DNA of 42,644 nucleotides, taken from positions 1-42,644 of the IMG/VR virus record IMGVR_UViG_3300020045_009723, one strand, 5' to 3'. The translations under genes and the position numbers were made by a program. Of this stretch, positions 35,214-42,644 are shown piece by piece. Source of the stretch: a virus (taxonomy: Duplodnaviria > Caudoviricetes). Within the stretch, counting starts at the first letter, position 1. Every line of letters starts with the position of its first letter. The notes beneath the pieces were generated by a model that made no database searches, had not been told where the DNA came from, and was given only the letters and a program-made list of their open reading frames with translations.

Positions 35214-36009
35214 CGATATAAAAAATCAGGTGAAAAAAACAGGTACAAACAAGAAGAACATTTTGTACTTCAAATCAGGCACTAAGGTTCGCGTTCGCTT
35301 TTTGCAGGACATGGAGGAAGGCCTGGAGTTAAACTTCCATGACAGTTATGTGTTGGGTGTAAACCTTCCGTGCCAAGAGTTATACGAAAGAGAATGTAAA
35401 TACTGTGAGGACGAAGAACTTCGCCACAGAAAGCAGTACGTCTGGTCAGTATGGGACCATGAAGCTAAAGAAGTTAAACTACTGATGGGCCCCGTAAACA
35501 ACGCATCTCCAATACCTTCTCTTGTGGCCATGTACGACACCTACGGGACGTTGACCGATCGTGACTATGTAATAACCAAGAACGGTTCAGGCACGGGCCT
35601 TACATACAGTGTGGTGCCCATGGACAAAGCCAAGTTTAAGAATGAGAAAGCAAAACCATTCAGCGAGAAAAAGACAATGTCCATTATTGACAAAGCGTTT
35701 CCGGATGCAGACGACGATGCGGACGATGAACCCAAGAAAAAGAAAGGTTTTTCTAAGAAGCACGATGACGACGATGACGAACCGAAAAAGAAAAAGCAGT
35801 CCAAGAAACGTGATGACGACGACGATGATGATGACGACGAAACCGGAAATGACTACGAAGATATGTCCGCGAAAGAACTTTTCAAGGAATGTAAAAAGCG
35901 TGGCATAAAAGCTAAACCCGAGAAAAAGAAAAACTACTACGTTGAGCTGCTGGAAGAGGACGACGAAGAGTCTGGCGCCACTGACGATGACGATGAGTGG
36001 GACGAGTAA
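35200..36009 (+). CDS. Single-stranded DNA-binding protein (gp32-like, Zn-binding) with acidic/Lys tail
   Basis: VRVRFL, H...C...CKYC, DYVITKNGSG..TYSV; very acidic C-terminus DDDDEWDE. Confidence 0.75.
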   Translation: MGLVDDIKNQVKKTGTNKKNILYFKSGTKVRVRFLQDMEEGLELNFHDSYVLGVNLPCQELYERECKYCEDEELRHRKQYVWSVWDHEAKEVKLLMGPVNNASPIPSLVAMYDTYGTLTDRDYVITKNGSGTGLTYSVVPMDKAKFKNEKAKPFSEKKTMSIIDKAFPDADDDADDEPKKKKGFSKKHDDDDDEPKKKKQSKKRDDDDDDDDDETGNDYEDMSAKELFKECKKRGIKAKPEKKKNYYVELLEEDDEESGATDDDDEWDE

Positions 36010-36358
36010 TTCAAGTTTGCTAACGACTTTATTTGAGAAACAAGCCGAGTTCCAAAAGTTAGTTACTGGTGAAACGTTACCAAAGGACGATGTAAAATGG
36101 TTTTCGTATCACATGCAGGCAATAACGGAGGAGCTCGGTGAAGTTCTCAAGTCAGATAAGCGGTGGAAAACGCACAGAAATGTGCACTACGACCCTGAGA
36201 ATAAATTGGTAGAACTTGCGGATGTATTTATTTCGTGTATCAATATGGCCCTGTTTTCTGGTTTTGATGCACGTGTTCTTTACAACGCAATTGAAACTAA
36301 AATAGCAGAGAATATGGAAAAACTAGAAAAGGGGCAAACAAATGATAGTAGTAGTTGA
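35993..36358 (+). CDS. All-alpha dNTP pyrophosphatase (dimeric dUTPase/dCTPase, MazG superfamily)
   Basis: EKQAEFQ, AITEELGEV...RWKTH, ELADVF, K...N: the ExxE...ExxD metal motif. Confidence 0.85.
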   Translation: MSGTSNSSLLTTLFEKQAEFQKLVTGETLPKDDVKWFSYHMQAITEELGEVLKSDKRWKTHRNVHYDPENKLVELADVFISCINMALFSGFDARVLYNAIETKIAENMEKLEKGQTNDSSS

Positions 36359-37259
36359 AGGAATTGATAGGGTTGGAAAAACAACTCTTTGCAAAAGGTT
36401 AGAAGATAAAGGCTTTTGGTACTTCAAGGATATTTGGAACATGGTTCCGCTAGATAGTGAAGTATCGTGCTACGTAACTGGTAAGTTTGATTCAACTTTA
36501 AACATGCTTAAAATGCTGAATGAGAAAAACGTAAATGTTGTCATTGACAGGTTGCATTTGACGGAATTTGTTTATGGTTGTTGTGAACGTGGTGGCAGTA
36601 ATTTTAATATTTATCGCAAAGTTGATGAATTTTTAGCAGCATTAGATTGTATGTTGGTTTTAATGTCGCCAACGGACGTTAAAGAATCAAGCAGGCAGCA
36701 CGGTAGTTCATTAACTATGCACAACAGGTTATTTAATTTGTGTTTTGAAGAATCAAAAATTAAATTAAAGTATCGCACCATGTTTGACGGTATCAATTAC
36801 CTTGTTAGTAACATTACTGGTTGTTGGTATGATTTGTATTTTGCTTCGCCTTTTTTCAATCCAGAACAGATCGAGCGGGAAGAGTCGTTAATTGCATCGC
36901 TTCGAACAAGCGGCTTCAGAGTTTTTAGCCCAAAAGAAAGTATTTTACTAAAGCCAAACTCTTCCGATCATGACCAAGAAAAAGCATTCAATGAAAACGT
37001 TAAAGCGATAAAAAAGGCAAGTGCCGTGTTTGCCGTTACGGATGGCAAGGACGTTGGTACAATTTGGGAAGCAGGTTATGCATACGGTGTTGGTAAGCCG
37101 ATCATATACTTTGCAGAAACTCTTGGTAATAATAACTTTAACGTAATGCTTGCAAAATCCGGAAATGACGTATTTCTTTCACGAAGTCAAATTACAAAAC
37201 ACGCAATTGAACGTGCAATTGCAGGTGGCAAAATGAACTACAAAGGGTGTATCGAATGA
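36342..37259 (+). CDS. Fusion of a thymidylate-kinase-like dNMP kinase and a nucleoside 2-deoxyribosyltransferase/nucleotide N-glycosidase domain
   Basis: N-terminal VVEGIDRVGKTT, IDRLHLTEFVYG. C-terminal LYFASPFF, VFSPKE, DGKDVGTIWEAGYAYGVGKP, NVML. Confidence 0.88.
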   Translation: MIVVVEGIDRVGKTTLCKRLEDKGFWYFKDIWNMVPLDSEVSCYVTGKFDSTLNMLKMLNEKNVNVVIDRLHLTEFVYGCCERGGSNFNIYRKVDEFLAALDCMLVLMSPTDVKESSRQHGSSLTMHNRLFNLCFEESKIKLKYRTMFDGINYLVSNITGCWYDLYFASPFFNPEQIEREESLIASLRTSGFRVFSPKESILLKPNSSDHDQEKAFNENVKAIKKASAVFAVTDGKDVGTIWEAGYAYGVGKPIIYFAETLGNNNFNVMLAKSGNDVFLSRSQITKHAIERAIAGGKMNYKGCIE

Positions 37260-37795
37260 GCAGAATAGACGGTGATTTTTTAAAAAGAACGTACAGGCTT
37301 AATCACATGGTTAGGTATAACCCTTGGCCCAAACTTAACCCAGAAAACGTTGCAGCCCATTCCTTTTACACATCCCTATTTGCCCTTGTATTATGTGAAG
37401 AGTTTGGTGTTTCTCCCGGAATTAAGCTAGAGGCGTTGGAGATAGCTTTGGTTCATGACACGCCAGAGTCAGTAACCAATGACATAACACACGATGCCAA
37501 GGTCATGATGCCTGAACTAGATTCGTTGCTTGCCAAGTTCGAACGGCAATTTATTGATGACCATTTCCCGCAGCAGTACAGTTCATTATTTATGCAATGT
37601 TCCGTCGGTTCACACATTGCTCGGTTAATAGTAAAACTTGCAGATGTTCTTTCTACAGTTCAGTACTGCAACAATGAAATTTCGCTTGGCAATTCCGGAA
37701 TGAATGAAATTCTAGGGCAGGCGAGACAAAGAGTTGCTGACGTTAAAAACGAGTTAGAGGAGGCAGGAATACGATGCCAGAAAATAGTAATTTAA
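37256..37795 (+). CDS. HD-domain 5'-deoxynucleotidase (YfbR/DatZ-like)
   Basis: VRY...ENVAAHS, ALVHDTPES.TNDI, VKLAD, E..LGN. Confidence 0.88.
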   Translation: MSRIDGDFLKRTYRLNHMVRYNPWPKLNPENVAAHSFYTSLFALVLCEEFGVSPGIKLEALEIALVHDTPESVTNDITHDAKVMMPELDSLLAKFERQFIDDHFPQQYSSLFMQCSVGSHIARLIVKLADVLSTVQYCNNEISLGNSGMNEILGQARQRVADVKNELEEAGIRCQKIVI

Positions 37796-38748
37796 CTCCA
37801 GTAAAACACCCAATGGTGATCAGATTTGGTGAAAAACCAACAACAGAGTTTAAGAACAATTTGGATTCAATTAAAGTTTCGTTATTGAATGCACCGTCCA
37901 TGGAACAGCTTAGAAATTACTTGGTTCCATTTCTTGAAGCTACTTGGGCAGAGGGCCCACTTGATTCCGCTTCGCTTCCCCTTATCGAGAAAGATCATAT
38001 TTTACGCGAATGTCTGTTTGGCCGTGCATTACCAACTGCTCTTGAAACTGTAAGGTTAACATTTCTCATTGAAGGAATAAGTTTGCAGGAAGTTACACAC
38101 ATTCTGCGGTACAGAACGGCCAGTTTCTCAGCTGATTGTTCAGCAGATAAGTGGTGGTCTCATAAAGCCGCATTGGTTCCTAGTGCTATTCAAAACAGTA
38201 GCGAAATTTACCAGCGGTATCAGAAGTTAATGGAAGATGCAAAGCAGCTGTATTGCGATATTATCGACACAAAAGAAATCACAATTATGGATGCACGGTA
38301 CGTTTTGCCTAGGTGCTTTGAAACATACTACTTTATGAGTATGAGCATTAAGGACGCAATTCATTTTATCAACCAACGCATTGATCGAATGATTCAGCCG
38401 GAAACAGACAACGTTATGGCGTACCAAATGTACATGCAAATGTTGGCACGCTTTCCTATTTTATACGATGTGATCAACATTGACGAGCCAAGCTGGTTTT
38501 ACATCAAAACAGCACGAACTGGTAAATCCACAAGTTTGTACGTACCCGACGAAACAAATGACAAGTGGGAGTGGAACAGAGAGGACTTTATTTACGGTCG
38601 GCAACGGAGTGAATTGCGTGGAACGGATGTTGGTGCACGTTGTATATTTGATGAATATTTAGAAGTATTTAAAGAAGATATTGAGTTCCTTAACAGGAGT
38701 AGTAGGCGTTCGCTAGTAAAAGAATATTCGGAACAATTACAAAAATAA
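37774..38748 (+). CDS. ThyX-fold flavoprotein with divergent active site
   Basis: ALE...TFLIEGIS...HILRYRTASFS, DARYVLP...T, FINQR....QPE. ThyX scaffold, but the canonical motifs are altered, so no symbol is given. Confidence 0.8.
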   Translation: MPENSNLTPVKHPMVIRFGEKPTTEFKNNLDSIKVSLLNAPSMEQLRNYLVPFLEATWAEGPLDSASLPLIEKDHILRECLFGRALPTALETVRLTFLIEGISLQEVTHILRYRTASFSADCSADKWWSHKAALVPSAIQNSSEIYQRYQKLMEDAKQLYCDIIDTKEITIMDARYVLPRCFETYYFMSMSIKDAIHFINQRIDRMIQPETDNVMAYQMYMQMLARFPILYDVINIDEPSWFYIKTARTGKSTSLYVPDETNDKWEWNREDFIYGRQRSELRGTDVGARCIFDEYLEVFKEDIEFLNRSSRRSLVKEYSEQLQK

Positions 38749-41415
38749 ATGGATTTTCGCAATTACCTTTTTGATCTACATAGGCATGATGAATTTAGTA
38801 CGTTTGATGGTTTTGGAAAGGCAAGGGAGGCTGCTCGAAGGGCAAAAGAACTCGGGTACCCTGCGCTTGGCCTTTCCAATCATGGTAACGTTAGTGGCTT
38901 AGTTAAGCATTACGAGGCTTGCAAAAACGAAGGTATCATTCCGGTAATGGGAATGGAGGCGTACTTTCAGCCAAGTTTCGATAAAGACAAAAACACGTAC
39001 CATTTGTGTTTATTCGCAAAGAATCGCCAAGGCTGGACTTCTTTGATGAACTTAACAAATGTATCTGCAAAGGAAACGTTTTACAAAAAGCCAATAGTTA
39101 CATTTGAAAACTTAGAACAATTCAGCGAAGGGTTAATTTGCACTTCAGCTTGCGTTGCAGGCTTAATTCCAAAGTTAATCAAAAAAGGTAACTTTGATTC
39201 AGCAATTAAAATTACCAAAAAGTTCAAGCGAATATTCGGTGATGACTTTTACTTGGAAGTTCAGCCATTTAAGATCAACGAAAAACATAATGGAGTAGAC
39301 TTACAAACGTACACGAATGCTAAAATAATACAACTTGCAAGCAAGCTGAACATTGAATTGGTAATGACTTCTGATTCACATTTTGTTTCCCCTGATGATT
39401 ACGACACGTACCTAATGATGCATAAAATGTTAGGCACGAGTTACGGAGAACATTACGAACACAGGTATATGCATTCTCAGAAACGATTTGCAAAAGCATT
39501 CATGGATATGCACGACAACAAACAATTGCTAAAGTCAATTTGTTTATCAATGAAAGGCCTCGTTGAGAAGATCGAACACGAAACTATGCTGGACTTTGAA
39601 CTTGAAGTACCCGCTTACGGTGACACGCCAGAGGAGAGCTACCAAACACTTAAATCTGGATGTATCAGAACGTTAAAGCGGGAAGGCAAATGGACAGGCG
39701 AATACAAAGATCGCTTAAAGTACGAATTGCCAGTAATTAAACACCATGGCTTTCAAGATTACTTTTTATTGGTGCAAGATTATGTTCAGTACTGCAGAGA
39801 TAATGACATCGCCGTTGGTCCTGGTCGTGGTTCAGCTGGCAACAGTTTGGTAACGTATGGCCTAGGCATCACAGATGTTGACCCAATCTTCTTTCACAAT
39901 GACTTTGATAGGTTCCTAAGGATGGATAAAAAGAAGTCGCCAGACATTGACCTAGACTTTTGTACCAATAGACGGTATGAGGTGATCGAGTACATCCTTG
40001 ACAAATACCCAGATCAGTCGGCACAGATAACATCGTACGGAAACTATAAAGCTAAGTATTTGGTTGGTGATTTGGCAAAGCAGTATGATATGCCAGAAGA
40101 AGAAGTGGCGAGGCTGAAAAAGCTCCTTTCTGATTATGAGGTTCCTGGTAGTTTGTATATCAGCTTTGAAGAACTAATGGAAGATCATAACGTTAGACCA
40201 TACAATAAGCTGTACCCTGACATCATTAAACACTTTTGTAAACTGTTTGGCATGATACGATACTTCGGAAAGCACGCTGCTGCGGTTGCAATTACGAAAG
40301 GTAAATTGTGGGACAGAATTGGTATACAAAAGCAGGGTGGCCTATTTAAAACAGCATTCGACTTCAATGACGTTGAATATTTGAAAACATTGAAGCTGGA
40401 TATTTTAGGGTTAAAAACAGTTTCTATGGTGGATGAAATGGCCAAAATATCCGGAGAACACAGAAACATTTATGAAGTAATTGACGACCCGGAAATTTAT
40501 AGATTCTTTCGAGAAGGGCGATGCGACGGAATATTTCAATTCACTTCCCCGACACCAGTTCAAATGTGTGTAGATATTGGAGTTACTAACTTTGAGGACG
40601 TCGCCGCTGCTTCTTCGTTGAATAGGCCTGGACCGTTATCACTGAGAATGCATGAGCAGTATGCAGCGGCGAAAGATAACCCAGTAACTGACACGGCTTG
40701 GTATAAGCACGTTAAAGCGACACATGGTATTATCATCTACCAAGAGCAGATTATGCGAATATGCAGAGATTTGGCTGACGTCCCGTGGGACATAACGGAC
40801 AAGTTGGTTCGCTCTGATTCGCATCACATGAAGCTTGAAGATCGAGAGGCATGGAGCAAGGTGTTTCTTGACGGTGCAATAAAGAAAGGCATGACAAAGG
40901 ATGCAGCCCAACAACTTCTGGAAATGGTTTTAGGGTACGCATTTAACAGGGGCCACGCGATTGCTTACAACATGCTTTCTGTTCTTCAAATGTGGTACAA
41001 GGTGTATTTCCCCATTCAATTCTGGTCAATAGTTTTGAAGTACCAAGAGGACATTGGCAAGCGGGAGAAATTCAAAAGCAAAGCCGTTGCTGATGGCTGC
41101 GTAGTAATGTTACCCCACGTAAATTATACTGCTAGTGATTCAATCGGTAAGCTCCAAGGCGAACCAGTTATCCGTGAAGGACTAATGGTAATTAAGAACG
41201 TCGGAGACAAAGCGGCACTAACCATTGAAGAAGAACGCAAGAAGAACGGCACATACAAATCAATGGACGACTTTATGTCAAGGGTGCCAAAACGTTCAGT
41301 AAACTCCAGAGTAGTTAATGCGTTGATCGACAATGGTGCTTTAGAGTTTAACTTTGACACTTATATTAACAGAGTGACAAAGTACAATGCAACGTTGTAC
41401 ATGAAAGGAATGTAG
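38749..41415 (+). CDS. dnaE: DNA polymerase III alpha subunit (family C), compact 888 aa
   Basis: PHP domain DLHRH..STFDG, NHG, GMEAY, SDSH; GPGRGSAGNSL; PDIDLDF; KLDILGL; YQEQIM; YAFNRGHA; HhH KNVG. Confidence 0.95.
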   Translation: MDFRNYLFDLHRHDEFSTFDGFGKAREAARRAKELGYPALGLSNHGNVSGLVKHYEACKNEGIIPVMGMEAYFQPSFDKDKNTYHLCLFAKNRQGWTSLMNLTNVSAKETFYKKPIVTFENLEQFSEGLICTSACVAGLIPKLIKKGNFDSAIKITKKFKRIFGDDFYLEVQPFKINEKHNGVDLQTYTNAKIIQLASKLNIELVMTSDSHFVSPDDYDTYLMMHKMLGTSYGEHYEHRYMHSQKRFAKAFMDMHDNKQLLKSICLSMKGLVEKIEHETMLDFELEVPAYGDTPEESYQTLKSGCIRTLKREGKWTGEYKDRLKYELPVIKHHGFQDYFLLVQDYVQYCRDNDIAVGPGRGSAGNSLVTYGLGITDVDPIFFHNDFDRFLRMDKKKSPDIDLDFCTNRRYEVIEYILDKYPDQSAQITSYGNYKAKYLVGDLAKQYDMPEEEVARLKKLLSDYEVPGSLYISFEELMEDHNVRPYNKLYPDIIKHFCKLFGMIRYFGKHAAAVAITKGKLWDRIGIQKQGGLFKTAFDFNDVEYLKTLKLDILGLKTVSMVDEMAKISGEHRNIYEVIDDPEIYRFFREGRCDGIFQFTSPTPVQMCVDIGVTNFEDVAAASSLNRPGPLSLRMHEQYAAAKDNPVTDTAWYKHVKATHGIIIYQEQIMRICRDLADVPWDITDKLVRSDSHHMKLEDREAWSKVFLDGAIKKGMTKDAAQQLLEMVLGYAFNRGHAIAYNMLSVLQMWYKVYFPIQFWSIVLKYQEDIGKREKFKSKAVADGCVVMLPHVNYTASDSIGKLQGEPVIREGLMVIKNVGDKAALTIEEERKKNGTYKSMDDFMSRVPKRSVNSRVVNALIDNGALEFNFDTYINRVTKYNATLYMKGM

Positions 41416-42348
41416 ATGGCAAAAACAAACAAAGAGAAGATCATGCAGATGTGCAAAACGATTGAGCAGAAGGAAGGTGTAGGAAGTATATTTCCTATTG
41501 GTTCCAAAAAGTCTGCTTTGAAGATTGCACGTTGGTCAACTGGAATTGAGGACTTAGACTATATTTGGGGTGGCGGTGGTCCAGAGGGTAGAATCATTGA
41601 AATATTTGGCCCTGAATCCAGCGGCAAAACGTCGCTTGGTTACCACCTAATGTCACTGCATGATATGGGTTTATATATACCCATTGAAGGAACGTTCGAC
41701 TCACAGAGAGCAGCATCCTTTGGGAATAGGCCTAAGCAGATGTTCATATACCGTGCCAAGTACGGCGAACAGGCAATGGCTAAGATGATGAAATTCGCCC
41801 AAGCTGGAATGCCATTGATCATACTTGACTCAGTTCCCGCATGTAAGCCCAAGGAAGATAAAGAAAAGTTGCACAAAGGCATTGACAAAGACGAAGCAGT
41901 AAACCAGCGAATGGGTGGAGTGGCCCGTTTAATGCACCAGTACCTCCCAGAACTTGAGGAAATATGCGAATTTACTGGCACTACGGTAATTCTAATAAAT
42001 CAAGTCAGGGATAAAATGGACGCCATGATGTTTGGTGAAAAAACAGACACGCCAGGAGGCAGGGCAATTAAACATTACAGTAGCATTAGAATGCAGGTTG
42101 GCAGAAAAGGCTGGATTGAGATACCGAACAAGGACCCTAAAAATGCAGCAGTTAACCAAAAGGTTGGCTTGATAATGAAATGTAAAGTAGTGAAGTCCAA
42201 GGTGTGCAATCCTATGATGGAGGCAGAACTCCCCATGATGTTCGACAGGGGCTTCGTATCCTTTGATGATATTCCAACCATTAGAAAGGAACTAATGAAA
42301 CAGGGGAAGCGTGGCAGCTCCGTAGATGATGAGGAGGACGATGACTAA
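41416..42348 (+). CDS. recA: RecA/UvsX-like recombinase
   Basis: GRIIEIFGPESSGKTS, ILDSVPA, ILINQVRDK, TPGGRAIKHYSSIR, KVVKSKV. Confidence 0.92.
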   Translation: MAKTNKEKIMQMCKTIEQKEGVGSIFPIGSKKSALKIARWSTGIEDLDYIWGGGGPEGRIIEIFGPESSGKTSLGYHLMSLHDMGLYIPIEGTFDSQRAASFGNRPKQMFIYRAKYGEQAMAKMMKFAQAGMPLIILDSVPACKPKEDKEKLHKGIDKDEAVNQRMGGVARLMHQYLPELEEICEFTGTTVILINQVRDKMDAMMFGEKTDTPGGRAIKHYSSIRMQVGRKGWIEIPNKDPKNAAVNQKVGLIMKCKVVKSKVCNPMMEAELPMMFDRGFVSFDDIPTIRKELMKQGKRGSSVDDEEDDD

Positions 42349-42644
42349 TGGCTTCCATAGTAGATGATATTAAACGTGGAGCAATCAAAGCTGGTTCTAA
42401 TGGCACAGAAGCTTTAATAATAGAACAGAAGCTTAACAAGCTATTTTACCTTCCTGCAAATGCTAAGCTTGAATCTAAGTTTCTAAGGCAGATACTTGAA
42501 AAGGAAAGCCACCAATCTGACAGGTTCGGACTTCACGCATCGTCAATAATAGTACCTGAGAATGAATTCTGCTACAAACAGCAGGTTCTTAGTCTATTCT
42601 ACAAACAGATTCAGGGCGACAACGTACCAATTGGCTTAAAGCGA
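42348..42644 (+). CDS. 5' part of a Cas4-like (PD-(D/E)xK, Fe-S) exonuclease that spans the circular junction and continues to 652 (~275 aa in total)
   Basis: ATG at 42348 overlaps the recA stop and follows GAGGAGG. It reads MASIVDDIK...RFGLHASSIIVPENEFCYKQQVL, in frame with ORF 164..652. Confidence 0.8.
   Translation, partial: MASIVDDIKRGAIKAGSNGTEALIIEQKLNKLFYLPANAKLESKFLRQILEKESHQSDRFGLHASSIIVPENEFCYKQQVLSLFYKQIQGDNVPIGLKR
42524..42644 (+). repeat. Terminal direct repeat, copy 2
   Basis: Exact copy of 1-121. Confidence 0.95.

Noticed and set aside
35710-35840. GACGAT/AAG microsatellite-like tracts (also 6700-7140)
   Set aside because: Explained by poly-Asp and poly-Lys coding.
35993-37795. 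dZ (2-aminoadenine) genome pathway
   Set aside because: MazZ-like and DatZ-like families are present, but there is no PurZ/adenylosuccinate synthetase homolog.
35993-38748. 7-deazaguanine, hmC/hmU or uracil-DNA pathways of known type
   Set aside because: No FolE/QueD/QueE/QueC/DpdA, ThyA-type hydroxymethylase, glycosyltransferase or dCTP/dCMP deaminase recognised. A small UNG inhibitor among the acidic ORFs cannot be excluded.
38749-41415. Intein or intron in dnaE, terL or recA
   Set aside because: The ORFs are continuous and compact, with no Hint or homing-endonuclease motifs.
1-42644. Lysogeny module or prophage
   Set aside because: No integrase, repressor, partition genes, divergent promoters or flanking host genes seen.

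Overview
A circularly closed, apparently complete ~42.5 kb tailed dsDNA phage genome. Bases 1-121 are repeated exactly at 42524-42644, so the unit length is 42,523 bp. All credible genes are on the + strand and I see no integrase or repressor, so it is probably virulent. The sigmaA-type promoters, GGAGG Shine-Dalgarno (SD) sites, A118/SPP1-type siphovirus morphogenesis genes, a Prp protease and an amidase endolysin point to a Bacillota host. Modules: nucleases and early accessory genes (42348-8488, across the junction), packaging and head (8534-19881, interrupted by two self-promoted accessory islands), neck and tail (19896-31800), lysis (31843-32941), and replication plus nucleotide metabolism (33106-42348). 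Most interesting: (1) a coupled operon of all-alpha dNTP pyrophosphatase, dNMP kinase fused to a deoxyribosyltransferase/N-glycosidase, HD nucleotidase, a ThyX-fold protein with a rewired active site, and the phage's own DnaE, which looks like an undescribed DNA base-substitution pathway; (2) a phage-encoded Prp protease with L27-like cleavage leaders on three virion proteins, including the tail tube; (3) a minor head protein carrying a DUF3626-like toxin domain followed by a candidate immunity gene; (4) a repeated two-hairpin 5' leader RNA; (5) a 29-bp intergenic inverted repeat pair 8.4 kb apart; (6) strong GGATC/GATCC/AGATCT avoidance. All family assignments are by-eye motif recognition, not database searches.
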